Source: an uncultured delta proteobacterium
GTDB taxonomy: Bacteria; Desulfobacterota; Binatia; UBA9968
Reading direction: 5' to 3'
DNA: 64,000 nucleotides
NCBI GenBank assembly: GCA_963737905.1
Contig: CAVTUQ010000002.1
Location: 640,001 to 704,000 of the forward strand
Shown: one piece after another, positions 48,344 through 60,634 of the stretch
How positions within the stretch are numbered: the stretch's first letter is position 1
How the letters are laid out: each line of letters begins with the position of its first letter
Position numbers and translations under genes: made by a program
Notes under the pieces: model-generated
The model's input: the letters and a program-made list of their open reading frames with translations, nothing else
The model's database searches: none
Told to the model about the DNA's origin: nothing

Positions 48344-49417
48344 ATGGATCCATCCACTGAAGGCATGACACGCGTTGATCACCGCAAGCTACGCCGCTTG
48401 TTGGTCGCATCCTTCGAAAAATTCGGTGTGTCAAGGAGCGATGCCGAGGTTGCGGCGAATGCCCTGGTGATGGCTGATCTCCGCGGCGTGGACACGCATG
48501 GAGTCATCCGGTTTAACCCGTATAGCTGGTATGTAAAGTGGCTCAGCGAGGGTTCCATGAAAGCCAAGCCAGACATCAAAATGATCTGTGAGACCCCGTC
48601 CTCGGCGCTCTTGGACGGCGACCGCGGTATCGGCATGGTCATCGGTCACCGCGCGATGGAATTGGCGATTCGCAAAGCCAAAGAGTCGGGCGTGGCCATG
48701 GTGGGTGTGCGTAATAGCCGGCACTTCGGCATGTCGGCAAACTACGCGATGCAGGCGTTGCCGCACAATATGATCGGCATCGCTATGACCAATGCGAGCA
48801 GACAGGTGGTTCCAACCTTCGGCCGCGAAGCCAGGTTTGGCACCAACCCGATGTGCTTCGCGGTGCCGGCCGATAAGGAGCTACCGTTTGTCTTGGACAT
48901 GGCAACCACGACAGCGGCCGCTGGGAAGCTCGAGTTGGCAGCGCGCCTAGGAAAGTCTGTTCCCGCCGGTTGGGCCCTCAATCAGCAAGCCGAGCAAACG
49001 ACGGATCCGCGAACCGCACAGAAGGCGCGGCGATTATTACCCCTCGGCGGATCGCGCGAAGGCGGCAGCCATAAGGGCTATGGGCTCGCCATTCTCGTGG
49101 AAATTCTTTGCGGTGTGCTGACGGGGACGATGACCGCGCTTAACGCCGATCAAGATCCGCGCGGTCATTTCTTTGGCGCGATTCGCATCGATTCCTTTCG
49201 GCCTGCCCATGAATTCAAGCAAGACATGGACAGATTGATTCGAGAGTTGAAATCTACGCCGCCCATCGAAGGCCAAGAGCGCGTTTACGTGGCGGGCGAG
49301 ATTGAATTCGAGACCGCACATGAAAGAGTCGAGCATGGCATCCCGTTGCACAGCACGGTGCTTAAAGGCTTGCGCGAAGTGAGCGAGCAGCTTTCACTCC
49401 TCTACGATCTAGAGTAA
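48344..49417 (+). CDS. Ldh_2 family (malate/L-sulfolactate/ureidoglycolate-type) oxidoreductase
   Basis: ADLRGVDTHG, RNSRHFG, GTNPMCFAVP, DMATT, SHKGYGL, VYVAGE. Confidence 0.9.
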   Translation: MDPSTEGMTRVDHRKLRRLLVASFEKFGVSRSDAEVAANALVMADLRGVDTHGVIRFNPYSWYVKWLSEGSMKAKPDIKMICETPSSALLDGDRGIGMVIGHRAMELAIRKAKESGVAMVGVRNSRHFGMSANYAMQALPHNMIGIAMTNASRQVVPTFGREARFGTNPMCFAVPADKELPFVLDMATTTAAAGKLELAARLGKSVPAGWALNQQAEQTTDPRTAQKARRLLPLGGSREGGSHKGYGLAILVEILCGVLTGTMTALNADQDPRGHFFGAIRIDSFRPAHEFKQDMDRLIRELKSTPPIEGQERVYVAGEIEFETAHERVEHGIPLHSTVLKGLREVSEQLSLLYDLE

Positions 49418-49464
49418 AACATGGGTAGCATCGGCTCAACACGCTCTCCCCAGCGCGCCGAATC

Positions 49465-50064
49465 CTAATAGCTCCCGCGTGAGATGATCACTTCCTGAAG
49501 CACCACTTCCTTAATCGGCCGGTCACGAAAATCCCGTGGCACGTTGGCGATGGCATCGACGACGTTTTGGCCTCTGACGACTTCGCCGAATACGCTGTGT
49601 TTACTGTCGAGCCATGGTGTTGCTTTCTGAATGATGAAGAATTGACTACCGTTCGTATTGGGCCCCGCGTTAGCCATGGACAAGATGCCAGGTTTGGAGT
49701 GCTTAAGATCGGGATTGAATTCGTCTTCGAAGCGATATCCAGGACCGCCGGTGCCGTTGCCCAACGGATCGCCGCCCTGGATCATAAATCCCGGGATGAC
49801 GCGATGAAAAATTGTGCCGTTGTAGAGCGGCCGCTTCACTTTCGCTGCTGTCTTCGGGTCGGTCCATTCCTTAGTGCCCGACGCTAGATCGACGAAGTTG
49901 GCGACCGTCTTCGGCGCCTTGTCCTCAAATAGTTGGATCACGATGTCGCCCATACTGGTTTTCAACGTGGCGTAAAGCGGCCCTTTCTTATCTTGAGCCT
50001 CGCCGGCGGATGTGCTCGACGTTCCGAGCAACAATAGTGTAATCAACAGCAAGTTTCTAATCAT
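49465..50064 (-). CDS. Cyclophilin-type peptidyl-prolyl isomerase, exported
   Basis: [37 protein letters not shown]; N-terminal signal peptide. Confidence 0.93.
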   Translation of the reverse strand: MIRNLLLITLLLLGTSSTSAGEAQDKKGPLYATLKTSMGDIVIQLFEDKAPKTVANFVDLASGTKEWTDPKTAAKVKRPLYNGTIFHRVIPGFMIQGGDPLGNGTGGPGYRFEDEFNPDLKHSKPGILSMANAGPNTNGSQFFIIQKATPWLDSKHSVFGEVVRGQNVVDAIANVPRDFRDRPIKEVVLQEVIISRGSY

Positions 50065-50146
50065 CGTCTCCTCTTTTCTAGTTGCACAACTGCTCCTTCT
50101 TCATTACTCTTGGCAAGTGTCGGATTTTAGCGTGAGGCTCGCTCTT

Positions 50147-50175
50147 TTGACAATGGGTTCCCTGGATGCTATAGA
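50147..50175 (+). promoter_or_regulatory. Putative sigma70 promoter for bactofilin (and possibly the atp genes)
   Basis: TTGACA-N17-TATAGA with an extended -10 TG. Confidence 0.55.
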
Positions 50176-50207
50176 CCAATTTTGTCCCGAGCAAGGGGTC
50201 TCTTGTT

Positions 50208-50753
50208 ATGAATTGGTTTGATCGAAGCCATGTTGGCAAAAAAGAGCCTCAGAAAACTGACAAGAAGCCCGATGTGGTGCAGCCGATTCCCGACCCGGCT
50301 CCAGCTGAAGCCGGACCATCGCTAGCCCTTGCGCCACGCGGGCTCGTTGGCTACCTGTACAAAGGGAGCCGAGTAACGGGTCAATTGACATTTCAGGGTT
50401 CTGCCAGAATAGAGGGCAATGTTGATGGGGAAATCCAGTGTCACGGCACCCTAACGATCGGGGAACGTGCTGAAGTTCGGGCGAAAATTTCCGGCGATGT
50501 TGTCGTTATCCGTGGAAGGGTAGAAGGCAACGTAGTAGCCAAAGAAAAGGTGGAGTTGGTAGCTCCGGCTCGATTGTTTGGTAATATCGATGCCCCCCGA
50601 TTGGTCATCACGGAGGGGGTCGTGTTTGATGGTGACTGCTCCATGGGAGTGGCCAGGCAAAAAGGTGGAATCGCAGGTTCACAGAATCTGAATGCTGACA
50701 AAGCTGCGGCAGCTAAAACGGTGAAGCTGCAACAAGTGGATTTCGAGAAATAG
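50208..50753 (+). CDS. Bactofilin (polymer-forming cytoskeletal protein)
   Basis: Beta-helix repeats GSRVTGQLTFQGSARIEGNVDGEI...GVVFDGDCSM. Confidence 0.88.
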   Translation: MNWFDRSHVGKKEPQKTDKKPDVVQPIPDPAPAEAGPSLALAPRGLVGYLYKGSRVTGQLTFQGSARIEGNVDGEIQCHGTLTIGERAEVRAKISGDVVVIRGRVEGNVVAKEKVELVAPARLFGNIDAPRLVITEGVVFDGDCSMGVARQKGGIAGSQNLNADKAAAAKTVKLQQVDFEK

Positions 50754-50903
50754 ACTTCGTTTCGCGGTTCATTCCATCCCTGCATCCTAAGTTCATAGAT
50801 AGACCGATTGTGAGGGCGGTTTCTTCCAATTGGGCGTTGATTGCTCTTTGCCCGATCGGATTGAAACAAGGACGAAAACGCAGCTGATCTCAAAAATTAG
50901 GCA

Positions 50904-51332
50904 ATGATCTCCCTAGACTATTCTATCGTTTATCAAATCGTTCTTTTTTTGGTCCTTTTTGTCATCCTGAGTAAGGTTCTCTTCCGTCCCTACTTGAACC
51001 TGCTGGAAGAACGCGAACGTAGAACCACGGGAGCCCAGCACGATTCGACGGACTTGGAACATGAAGGGGCTCGATTGCGCGTGCAATACGAAGAGAAAAT
51101 CGCCCAAGGACAGGCAGCGGGCTACGCAGCCAAGGAGGCGATCCGGCAAGAAGCCCACCAGCAACGCGAAAGAGTTTTGACTCAAGCCCGCGAGGAGGCG
51201 ATGGTGATGCTCGAAGGGGTACGGCGGGAAGTGGAGAGCCAGATACAGAAAGAAAAGCAATTCGCCGCAGCTGAGGTCGGAACGATAGCACAGGAGATGG
51301 CGAGCAAGGTCCTCGGGAGGAACGTGGGGTGA
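50904..51332 (+). CDS. atpF2: ATP synthase F0 subunit b'
   Basis: N-terminal TM helix, LFRPYLNLLEERE, coiled coil. Confidence 0.85.
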   Translation: MISLDYSIVYQIVLFLVLFVILSKVLFRPYLNLLEERERRTTGAQHDSTDLEHEGARLRVQYEEKIAQGQAAGYAAKEAIRQEAHQQRERVLTQAREEAMVMLEGVRREVESQIQKEKQFAAAEVGTIAQEMASKVLGRNVG

Positions 51333-51877
51333 GTTTTTTCGAGCTCTTTGGCGTTGCACAAGCATTGGCTTCCACGGCTGAAGCGGAGCACCACGCGCCG
51401 TCTATTCATGAAATCTGGTTCCCGCTCGGTAATTTTCTTATTTTTGCTTTTATCATCATTCGTTACGCGCTGCCGCCAGTCCGTAACTTTCTCCGATCGC
51501 GACGCGACGAAGTCCTAACGACGCTCCAGGAGGCTGCCGCCAAAAAGCAGCAGGCGGAGGCGATGGTCCAAGACTACAAGGGTCGACTGGCACGAGTGGA
51601 ACAGGAGCTTCAGTCCATCGCAGCGTCGCTCCGGGCTGAGGGCGAAAGGGAGAAGGCAAAGCTCCTGAGCGACGCGCAGATTCTCTCCGCCAAGATAAAG
51701 GAGGATGCACGGTTTCTGGCGGATCAAGAAGTCAGAGTGGCGCGGCAAAAAATCCGTGAAGAAATGGCCGCCGAGGCCGAAGCCAGGGCTCGGGAGCTGG
51801 TCCAACACCATCTTTCTTCAACTGATCAGGGGCGCTTGGTCGAAGATTTCATTCAAAGCATCGGACAGGTTACATGA
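51329..51877 (+). CDS. atpF: ATP synthase F0 subunit b
   Basis: NFLIFAFIIIRY...RSRRDEV followed by a coiled coil. Confidence 0.85.
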   Translation: MSFFELFGVAQALASTAEAEHHAPSIHEIWFPLGNFLIFAFIIIRYALPPVRNFLRSRRDEVLTTLQEAAAKKQQAEAMVQDYKGRLARVEQELQSIAASLRAEGEREKAKLLSDAQILSAKIKEDARFLADQEVRVARQKIREEMAAEAEARARELVQHHLSSTDQGRLVEDFIQSIGQVT

Positions 51878-52416
51878 TCGAAGGCGGTTTAAGTCGGAGA
51901 TATACCAAGGCGCTCTTTCAGTTGGCTCGCGAGGCGGGGCAAGAAGAGAAAATCGGCCAGGAGATTGAAAGCTTTCTCGGTGCCTATACAAGCTCAGAGT
52001 TGCAGAAGGTCTTGACCAATCCCGCCTTTGTAATAGACAGCCGCAAGAGAGTCGTCATCGAAGTATCGAACCAGCTGCAACTTTCGATTTTGGCGATTCA
52101 CTTCCTTTTGCTCTTGCTGGAGCGTGATCGACTGACTTATCTTCCCTCGATTGCTACTCGTTACCGTCGCTTGCTGAATGAAAGCAAGGGTCGTGTGGAG
52201 GCCAAAGTTGTCAGCCCTAATTCGCTGGAGCCGGTGATGGTGGATCGGCTACGTGAAGTACTGCATCGAATCTCGGGCAAAGAAATAGTGCTGCAGCAGG
52301 AGACGGACGCCAGCCTCATCGGTGGTGTTCTGGTAGAGTTCGAAGGCAAGGTTTATGACGGCAGTGTGCGGACACAGCTCGCTAATATGAAACAGCGCAT
52401 CGCGCGCGGATACTAA
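51874..52416 (+). CDS. atpH: ATP synthase subunit delta
   Basis: [27 protein letters not shown]. Confidence 0.92.
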   Translation: MIEGGLSRRYTKALFQLAREAGQEEKIGQEIESFLGAYTSSELQKVLTNPAFVIDSRKRVVIEVSNQLQLSILAIHFLLLLLERDRLTYLPSIATRYRRLLNESKGRVEAKVVSPNSLEPVMVDRLREVLHRISGKEIVLQQETDASLIGGVLVEFEGKVYDGSVRTQLANMKQRIARGY

Positions 52417-52430
52417 GGAGCGATCTATTT

Positions 52431-53939
52431 ATGGAGATCGGGACAGCGGAGATTAGCCGGATCATAAAGGAACAGATCCGGGACTACGAAAAGTCGGTTG
52501 AGGTCCAGGAGATCGGGACGGTTCTTTCGACTGGGGATGGCATTGCCCGCGTATACGGGCTGGACAAAGTCGCGGCAGGTGAGCTGTTAGAATTTCCTCA
52601 TGGTATTTTTGGCGTCGCGCTGAACCTCGAAGAGGACAATGTCGGAACCGCTCTCTTCGGCGAAACCCATATGATCAAAGAGGGTGACACCGTCAAGCGC
52701 ACCGGGAGGATTGCTGAGGTGCCTGTAGGCCAGGGATTGATCGGACGCGTGGTCAATGCCTTAGGCGAGGCTATTGACGGCCGTGGCCCCATCGACACGA
52801 AGGATCGCCGCAGGATCGAGATCAAAGCCCCTGGTATCGTCGCACGCCAGCCGGTTAAGGAGCCTCTCCAAACGGGATTGAAGGCTATTGACGGCATGAT
52901 TCCCATCGGTCGCGGGCAGCGGGAATTAATCATCGGCGATCGGCAGACAGGCAAAACCGCGGTGGCCATCGACACGATCATCAACCAAAAAGGCGGCAAT
53001 GTAGTGTGCATCTATGTCGCCATCGGCCAAAAGAGATCGACTGTTGCACAAGTCGTCGATAAACTCCGAGAATCCGGCGCCATGGAGTTTACCATTGTGG
53101 TTGCCGCCACGGCTTCCGAGTCGGCTCCGCTCCAATATATCGCTCCCTATAGCGGTTGCACCATGGGCGAGCACATTCGTGACAATGGCGGCCATGCTCT
53201 CCTGATCTATGACGATCTTTCGAAGCACGCCGTCGCCTATCGTCAGCTTTCTCTGCTGCTGCGTCGGCCGCCCGGACGTGAGGCGTTTCCCGGGGACGTG
53301 TTTTATCTCCACTCTCGGTTGCTGGAACGCGCTGCGAAGATGAGCGATGCCCGCGGCGGCGGATCGCTGACGGCGCTCCCGATCATTGAAACCCAAGCCG
53401 GTGACGTTTCTGCCTACATTCCGACCAACGTGATTTCCATCACCGACGGACAGATCTTTCTGGAAAGCGATCTTTTCTATTCCGGTGTCAGGCCGGCCAT
53501 CAACGTCGGTATATCGGTCTCCCGGGTCGGCGGCAATGCTCAGATCAAGGCGATGAAACAGGTCGCGGGAACCCTACGGCTGGAACTCGCGCAGTATCGT
53601 GAAATGGCGGCCTTCGCGCAATTCGGATCGGACTTGGACCAAGCGACTCAGCGCCAGCTCAATCGGGGTGCTCGTCTCGTCGAGCTATTAAAACAGGGGC
53701 AGTACGAGCCCCTGCCGGTGGAAAAACAGATCCTGATCATCTACGCCGGTACCAACGGTTTCGTTGATGAATTGCCTTTGACGGCACTGAAAAAATATGA
53801 GCAGGAACTTTATTCTTTCGTCGAATCCAGACACCAGGATATTTTCGCGGACATTCTCAAGAAGCGCGAACTGGATAGTGACCTCCGTGCCAAGATGAAC
53901 AAGACGCTGGAGGAGTTCAAAGCGGTTTTTAAACATTAG
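52431..53939 (+). CDS. atpA: ATP synthase subunit alpha
   Basis: [42 protein letters not shown]. Confidence 0.98.
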   Translation: MEIGTAEISRIIKEQIRDYEKSVEVQEIGTVLSTGDGIARVYGLDKVAAGELLEFPHGIFGVALNLEEDNVGTALFGETHMIKEGDTVKRTGRIAEVPVGQGLIGRVVNALGEAIDGRGPIDTKDRRRIEIKAPGIVARQPVKEPLQTGLKAIDGMIPIGRGQRELIIGDRQTGKTAVAIDTIINQKGGNVVCIYVAIGQKRSTVAQVVDKLRESGAMEFTIVVAATASESAPLQYIAPYSGCTMGEHIRDNGGHALLIYDDLSKHAVAYRQLSLLLRRPPGREAFPGDVFYLHSRLLERAAKMSDARGGGSLTALPIIETQAGDVSAYIPTNVISITDGQIFLESDLFYSGVRPAINVGISVSRVGGNAQIKAMKQVAGTLRLELAQYREMAAFAQFGSDLDQATQRQLNRGARLVELLKQGQYEPLPVEKQILIIYAGTNGFVDELPLTALKKYEQELYSFVESRHQDIFADILKKRELDSDLRAKMNKTLEEFKAVFKH

Positions 53940-53969
53940 ATTTCAGGGGTTTCTGGTGGATAAGGGATA

Positions 53970-56265
<2,296 letters not shown>

Positions 56266-56289
56266 CGCGGCTGAGGCGAAGTTAGCGAC

Positions 56290-56325
56290 TTGAACTGCTT
56301 GAACGATTTGAACCTTTTGAACGAG
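56290..56325. repeat. Four 9-bp tandem repeats (TTGAAC-N3) between atpD and atpC
   Basis: TTGAACTGC TTGAACGAT TTGAACCTT TTGAACGAG. Confidence 0.8.
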
Positions 56326-56401
56326 AAGCTGACTTTCATTCCAGCCGTCAAAGCATTCAACGGGTTACAGGTGAAACAGCGACGTTTGTGACTGAAAAAA
56401 G

Positions 56402-56818
56402 ATGGCTGACAAAATCAGACTTAGAGTAGTAACGCCGAGCCGGCTTCTGCTCGATGATGTAGTCGATGAGATCACGGCCCCGGGCGCCTTGGGCGAGTTT
56501 GGTGTTTTGCCGAACCATATCGCTTTTCTTACTCTTTTGGTGCCCGGCGAGATGAGCTATAAAGAGGGGACAACCAGGCATTACCTGGCCGTCAGTGGGG
56601 GCTATGCCGAGGTATTGGATAATGTTATGACCGTACTGGCTCCCGCGGCCGAATTTGCAGGCGAGATCGATACAGGTCGCGCACGTCAAGCCAAGGAGTT
56701 TGCTGAAATTAGGATCGGGGAGCTAAACTACGAAGATAAAGAGTTCAAAACCGCCGAAGCAGCGCTTCTTTGGGCGAATGCTCGACTCGATGTCGCTGCT
56801 AGAGAAGCGAGAAAATAG
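56402..56818 (+). CDS. atpC: ATP synthase subunit epsilon
   Basis: LRVVTP, GEFGVLPNH, AVSGGYAEV. Confidence 0.95.
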   Translation: MADKIRLRVVTPSRLLLDDVVDEITAPGALGEFGVLPNHIAFLTLLVPGEMSYKEGTTRHYLAVSGGYAEVLDNVMTVLAPAAEFAGEIDTGRARQAKEFAEIRIGELNYEDKEFKTAEAALLWANARLDVAAREARK

Positions 56819-56832
56819 ATAAAGGAGGTCTT

Positions 56833-57981
56833 ATGGCTAAAGTAGCTCAACCAGAACCCATGAAACAAGAGCCCGTCATTACGATGTGGAGCAAAGAATT
56901 CACCTATGATCGGTGGATGAAAACGAAGGGGATTCCGATTCATACCGGTTATTTTATCCCGGATTTGCGTACCATCGAGCTGGAGTGGTGGGAAGAACGG
57001 GGATGCAAAGCGGCTTTCATCCAACTGCTCGGGCAAGAAGGCGTCAGTGCGTCGCGTGTAACGGAAATTCCCGCCGGCAAATCGCTGCCGCCGGTGAAAT
57101 TTGCTTTGGATGAGATTGTCTATGTTTTATCGGGCCGCGGCCTCACGACGGTTTGGGGTGGAGAAGCCAAACCCAAGAAAAGCTTCGAGTGGCAGGAGCA
57201 TGCTTTATTTCTGGTTCCACGCAATCATTACCACGTTTTCAGCAATATGCAGGGCGACAAGCCCGTCCGGCTGTTCCACTACAGTTATATGCCCATGGCG
57301 ATGTCCGCGCTGCCGGAACCCGACATGTATTTCAATAATCCCTATGAATCAAAAAATGGCGCAACCGAAGGGGATTTTTATTCCGAGGCAAAGATGGTTC
57401 AGGCAGCCGACGCCGATGAAGGTTTGGGTATGCGGGCGTTCTGGTACGGTAATTTCTTTCCGGATATGCGAGCGTGGAACAAGCTGGACGCCAACGAGCG
57501 GCGCGGTGCTGGCGGCAAGAGCGTTTTTATCCAGTTTCCCAATTCAGAACTAACCGCACATATGTCTGTCTTCGCACCGAAAACCTACAAGAAAGCGCAC
57601 CGGCATGGTCCGGGTCGCGCCATCATTATTCCGGCCGGGGAAGGCTATTCGATCATGTGGGAGGAAGGCAAAGAGAAGATCGTGTGCCCGTGGCACGAAT
57701 GCAGCATGGTCACGCCGCCTAACAAATGGTTCCACCAACATTTCAATGCCGGCGGCGACATGGCGCGCTACCTGGCACTCCATCCGCCGATGCAGTTTCA
57801 TGGGCATGCGGAGAAAATCGAAGACCGCGCCAAAGACCAGATCGAATATCCGAACGAGGATCCCTATATTCGTCAGAAGTTCGAAGAGGAGCTGGGGAAG
57901 CGGGGCATCAAGAGCATCATGCCCGCTGAATGCTATACCAATCCGGACTACGAGTGGTCCAAGGCCATGGGGAAGCAATAA
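56833..57981 (+). CDS. Bicupin protein (gentisate-dioxygenase-like fold), paralog 1
   Basis: The N-terminal cupin lacks His ligands (DEIVYVLSGRG). The C-terminal cupin has AHRHGPG...WFHQHFN. Confidence 0.75.
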   Translation: MAKVAQPEPMKQEPVITMWSKEFTYDRWMKTKGIPIHTGYFIPDLRTIELEWWEERGCKAAFIQLLGQEGVSASRVTEIPAGKSLPPVKFALDEIVYVLSGRGLTTVWGGEAKPKKSFEWQEHALFLVPRNHYHVFSNMQGDKPVRLFHYSYMPMAMSALPEPDMYFNNPYESKNGATEGDFYSEAKMVQAADADEGLGMRAFWYGNFFPDMRAWNKLDANERRGAGGKSVFIQFPNSELTAHMSVFAPKTYKKAHRHGPGRAIIIPAGEGYSIMWEEGKEKIVCPWHECSMVTPPNKWFHQHFNAGGDMARYLALHPPMQFHGHAEKIEDRAKDQIEYPNEDPYIRQKFEEELGKRGIKSIMPAECYTNPDYEWSKAMGKQ

Positions 57982-58088
57982 GCGATCAGGCGGCAGCGAT
58001 TCCCAAAAGTCAAATGAATGAATCCCCGCCCCGCGCGGGGATTCCTGTTTATAAGGTATAGACAAAAATCCATCATTCGAGGAAATGA

Positions 58089-59606
58089 ATGCACGACGAC
58101 ATCTACGATCACGATCATCCGGAGAACTTTGAAATCAAAGAAGGTGAGATTGTAACCGAAATCGAAGGGCTGGAGATGTTCTCGCTCAAAAGCGTGGGCA
58201 TCGATATCGGCTCTTCCACGTCCCATCTGATTTTCTCGCACATCACCTTGCGGCGCCAGGGCGCCTCTCTCTCCGGCAAGTTCAAGGTGACCAATCGTGA
58301 AGTGCTCTATCGCTCCCCGATCATGCTGACGCCCTACTTGTCGGCAACCAAAATCGATACCGACAAGGTGAATCGATTTATCCACAATGCCTACGAAGAC
58401 GCGGGCCTAACGCCGGAAGACGTCGATACCGGGGCAGTCATCATCACTGGCGAAGCGCTGAAGAAAGAAAACGCGCAGCCGATTGTCGAATTCTTCGCCA
58501 AGTACTCGGGAAAATTCATTTGCGCGGCTGCGGGTCACAACCACGAGGCGCTGCTCGCGGCCTACGGCTGCGGCGCGGTGGATCTCTCCAAGTCCGAGCA
58601 TAAAACGGTTCTTAATGTGGACATGGGCGGCGGCACGACCAAGTTTTCGCTTATCGAAGACGGCATCGTGAGCCAAACGGCGGCCATCAATATCGGCGCG
58701 CGGCTGATTGCTTTTGACGAAAACGACGTGATCACGCGCGTCGAAGACGCGGGCCGGACAATGATGAAGGAGCTGGGCTATAAAGTAGAGTTGGGCCAGA
58801 AAATCACCGATAAAATGAAGGAGGATTTCGGCGCCTATATGGCGAAGATTCTCTTCGAAGTGATCGAGCAAGGACCTACCTTGCCGATGGCAAACCAGCT
58901 CATGGTGACGCCGCCTTTGGTGAATTACCGCGGTTTAAAACAGGTTCAACATATCGTCTTCTCAGGCGGTGTCTCCGAGCATGTCTATGACCGCGACCCC
59001 AAGGCCTATGGAGATATCGGTCCGGTGCTCGGAAAGAACGTGCGCGCCCATTTACAACATTTCCCGAAGGAAATTCTCCGGGAACCCACTGAAGGTATCC
59101 GCGCCACCGTCATCGGCGCCGGGGAGTACACGATTCAGGCGAGCGGCAACACCAGCTACGTCTCCAATGAGCAGGCGCTGCCGGTCCATGGTCTTAAAGT
59201 TATCCAGGCGTCGGTTCGCGACGGTCAGCCGGTGAGCGATACGTTGAAGCAATCGCTAAGAAAGTTCGACTTGCCGCGTTTCACTTCGGGTCTGGCTTTG
59301 TCTTTGACCGTGAACGGGGTACCGGACTATCAGTCGGTCAAACGGATCGCAGAGGGAATCGCGGAGATTCTCAAAGATGCGGATGATCCAAAGTGCCCAC
59401 TCTATCTCACGTTGGATCTCGATATCGCAAAATCGCTAGGCGGTATGCTGAAGGACGAATTCAAAGTGGCCCGCGACATTATCGCCGTGGACGGCATCGA
59501 AGTCGGCGATTTGGATTACATCGACATCGGTGAATGCCTCGGGATCACGGAAGTCATACCGGTGACCGTAAAATCGCTGATGTTTCCGACGAGTCACGCC
59601 GATTAA
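58089..59606 (+). CDS. eutA: EutA-like (ethanolamine ammonia-lyase reactivase-like) ASKHA ATPase
   Basis: SVGIDIGSSTSHLIFS, YRSPIMLTP, TGAVIITGE, NVDMGGGTTK, FSGGV, IRATVIGAG, DLDYIDIG, PVTVKSL. Confidence 0.8.
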   Translation: MHDDIYDHDHPENFEIKEGEIVTEIEGLEMFSLKSVGIDIGSSTSHLIFSHITLRRQGASLSGKFKVTNREVLYRSPIMLTPYLSATKIDTDKVNRFIHNAYEDAGLTPEDVDTGAVIITGEALKKENAQPIVEFFAKYSGKFICAAAGHNHEALLAAYGCGAVDLSKSEHKTVLNVDMGGGTTKFSLIEDGIVSQTAAINIGARLIAFDENDVITRVEDAGRTMMKELGYKVELGQKITDKMKEDFGAYMAKILFEVIEQGPTLPMANQLMVTPPLVNYRGLKQVQHIVFSGGVSEHVYDRDPKAYGDIGPVLGKNVRAHLQHFPKEILREPTEGIRATVIGAGEYTIQASGNTSYVSNEQALPVHGLKVIQASVRDGQPVSDTLKQSLRKFDLPRFTSGLALSLTVNGVPDYQSVKRIAEGIAEILKDADDPKCPLYLTLDLDIAKSLGGMLKDEFKVARDIIAVDGIEVGDLDYIDIGECLGITEVIPVTVKSLMFPTSHAD

Positions 59607-59629
59607 TTTTGTTGCACACTCAACTCGAT

Positions 59630-59663
59630 GGCGAAGTCCTCGCGCAACGGCGAGGCCTTCGCC
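59630..59663. other. GC-rich stem-loop after the eutA-like gene
   Basis: GGCGAAG-T-CCTCGC...GCGAGG-C-CTTCGCC, with no clear U-tract. Confidence 0.4.
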
Positions 59664-59710
59664 CCCTGCCGCTTACGTCATTCAACATCCTCTCCAAGTG
59701 AAGCTTTTTA

Positions 59711-60571
59711 ATGGCTGAATATTTTTCTTTTCAGGCTGCGCTTTGTTTTTCCATCGCCCATATCATGATCCGCCGCGGCTTGGTCCACTCCAACGCCATG
59801 ACCGGCGCCTTTATCTCGCTATGCATGAGCGCGGGGATTCTTTGGGTTTTGCTGCTATTCGTGATCCCGCTAAGCGCGTTATGGAGTCCGGCTGTCTTCT
59901 ATTTCATTGCCGCCGGTATCTTTGCACCGGGCATCGGCCGGACCTTGAGCTACGTCGGAATCGAACGAATCGGGGTCGCGCGCTCAGTCCCCATTGTCAA
60001 CTCCTCGCCGATCTTCGCATCTCTCTTCGCCGTTATCTTTCTGGGGGAGGTTTGGGTCGGCCAAAATATCATCGGCACAACATTGGTCATTTCCGGTGTC
60101 GTGATACTCTCCATGATCAAACCGGCGCAGGGCTCTTGGCGAAAAAGAGATGTCATTTATCCCGTCGTTGGAGCCGTCGCCTTTGGTATATCGGCGACTC
60201 TTCGGAAAGCGGGTCTAGATGTGGTGACGATCCCGGTACTTGCAGCCGCAGTTACGGCCGGAATGGCGGCGTTGTTTTCTTTTGTTCTTCTACAATTCCA
60301 AACCGGGCAGCAAGCATTCAAGCTCACACGAAAAAGCGCCGTTTGGCTAATTCCCGCCGGATTCATCAACACGGCGGCGATGTTGTCGGTCTTTTACGCA
60401 TTGAGCTTCGGCAAAGTCGTGATTGTCGAGCCGCTGGTCAGTTCCAATCCGGTGCTCACCTTGCTTTTAACGGCGATATTTCTCAGAGACCTCGAAGCGC
60501 TTTCTTTCCGCGTTATCATAGGTGCAGTGTTGACGGTGGCGGGAACCATTCTGGTCGTCACGGTAAAATAG
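59711..60571 (+). CDS. DMT/EamA family transporter
   Basis: Hydrophobic protein with duplicated EamA halves: SSPIFASLFAVIFLGE and SNPVLTLLLTAIFL. Confidence 0.85.
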   Translation: MAEYFSFQAALCFSIAHIMIRRGLVHSNAMTGAFISLCMSAGILWVLLLFVIPLSALWSPAVFYFIAAGIFAPGIGRTLSYVGIERIGVARSVPIVNSSPIFASLFAVIFLGEVWVGQNIIGTTLVISGVVILSMIKPAQGSWRKRDVIYPVVGAVAFGISATLRKAGLDVVTIPVLAAAVTAGMAALFSFVLLQFQTGQQAFKLTRKSAVWLIPAGFINTAAMLSVFYALSFGKVVIVEPLVSSNPVLTLLLTAIFLRDLEALSFRVIIGAVLTVAGTILVVTVK

Positions 60572-60634
60572 GGTCATTCTTTTCGCAATTTGATGATGAT
60601 ATGAGTGATGGATCGTGTAGGAGGTCTGGCTGTA

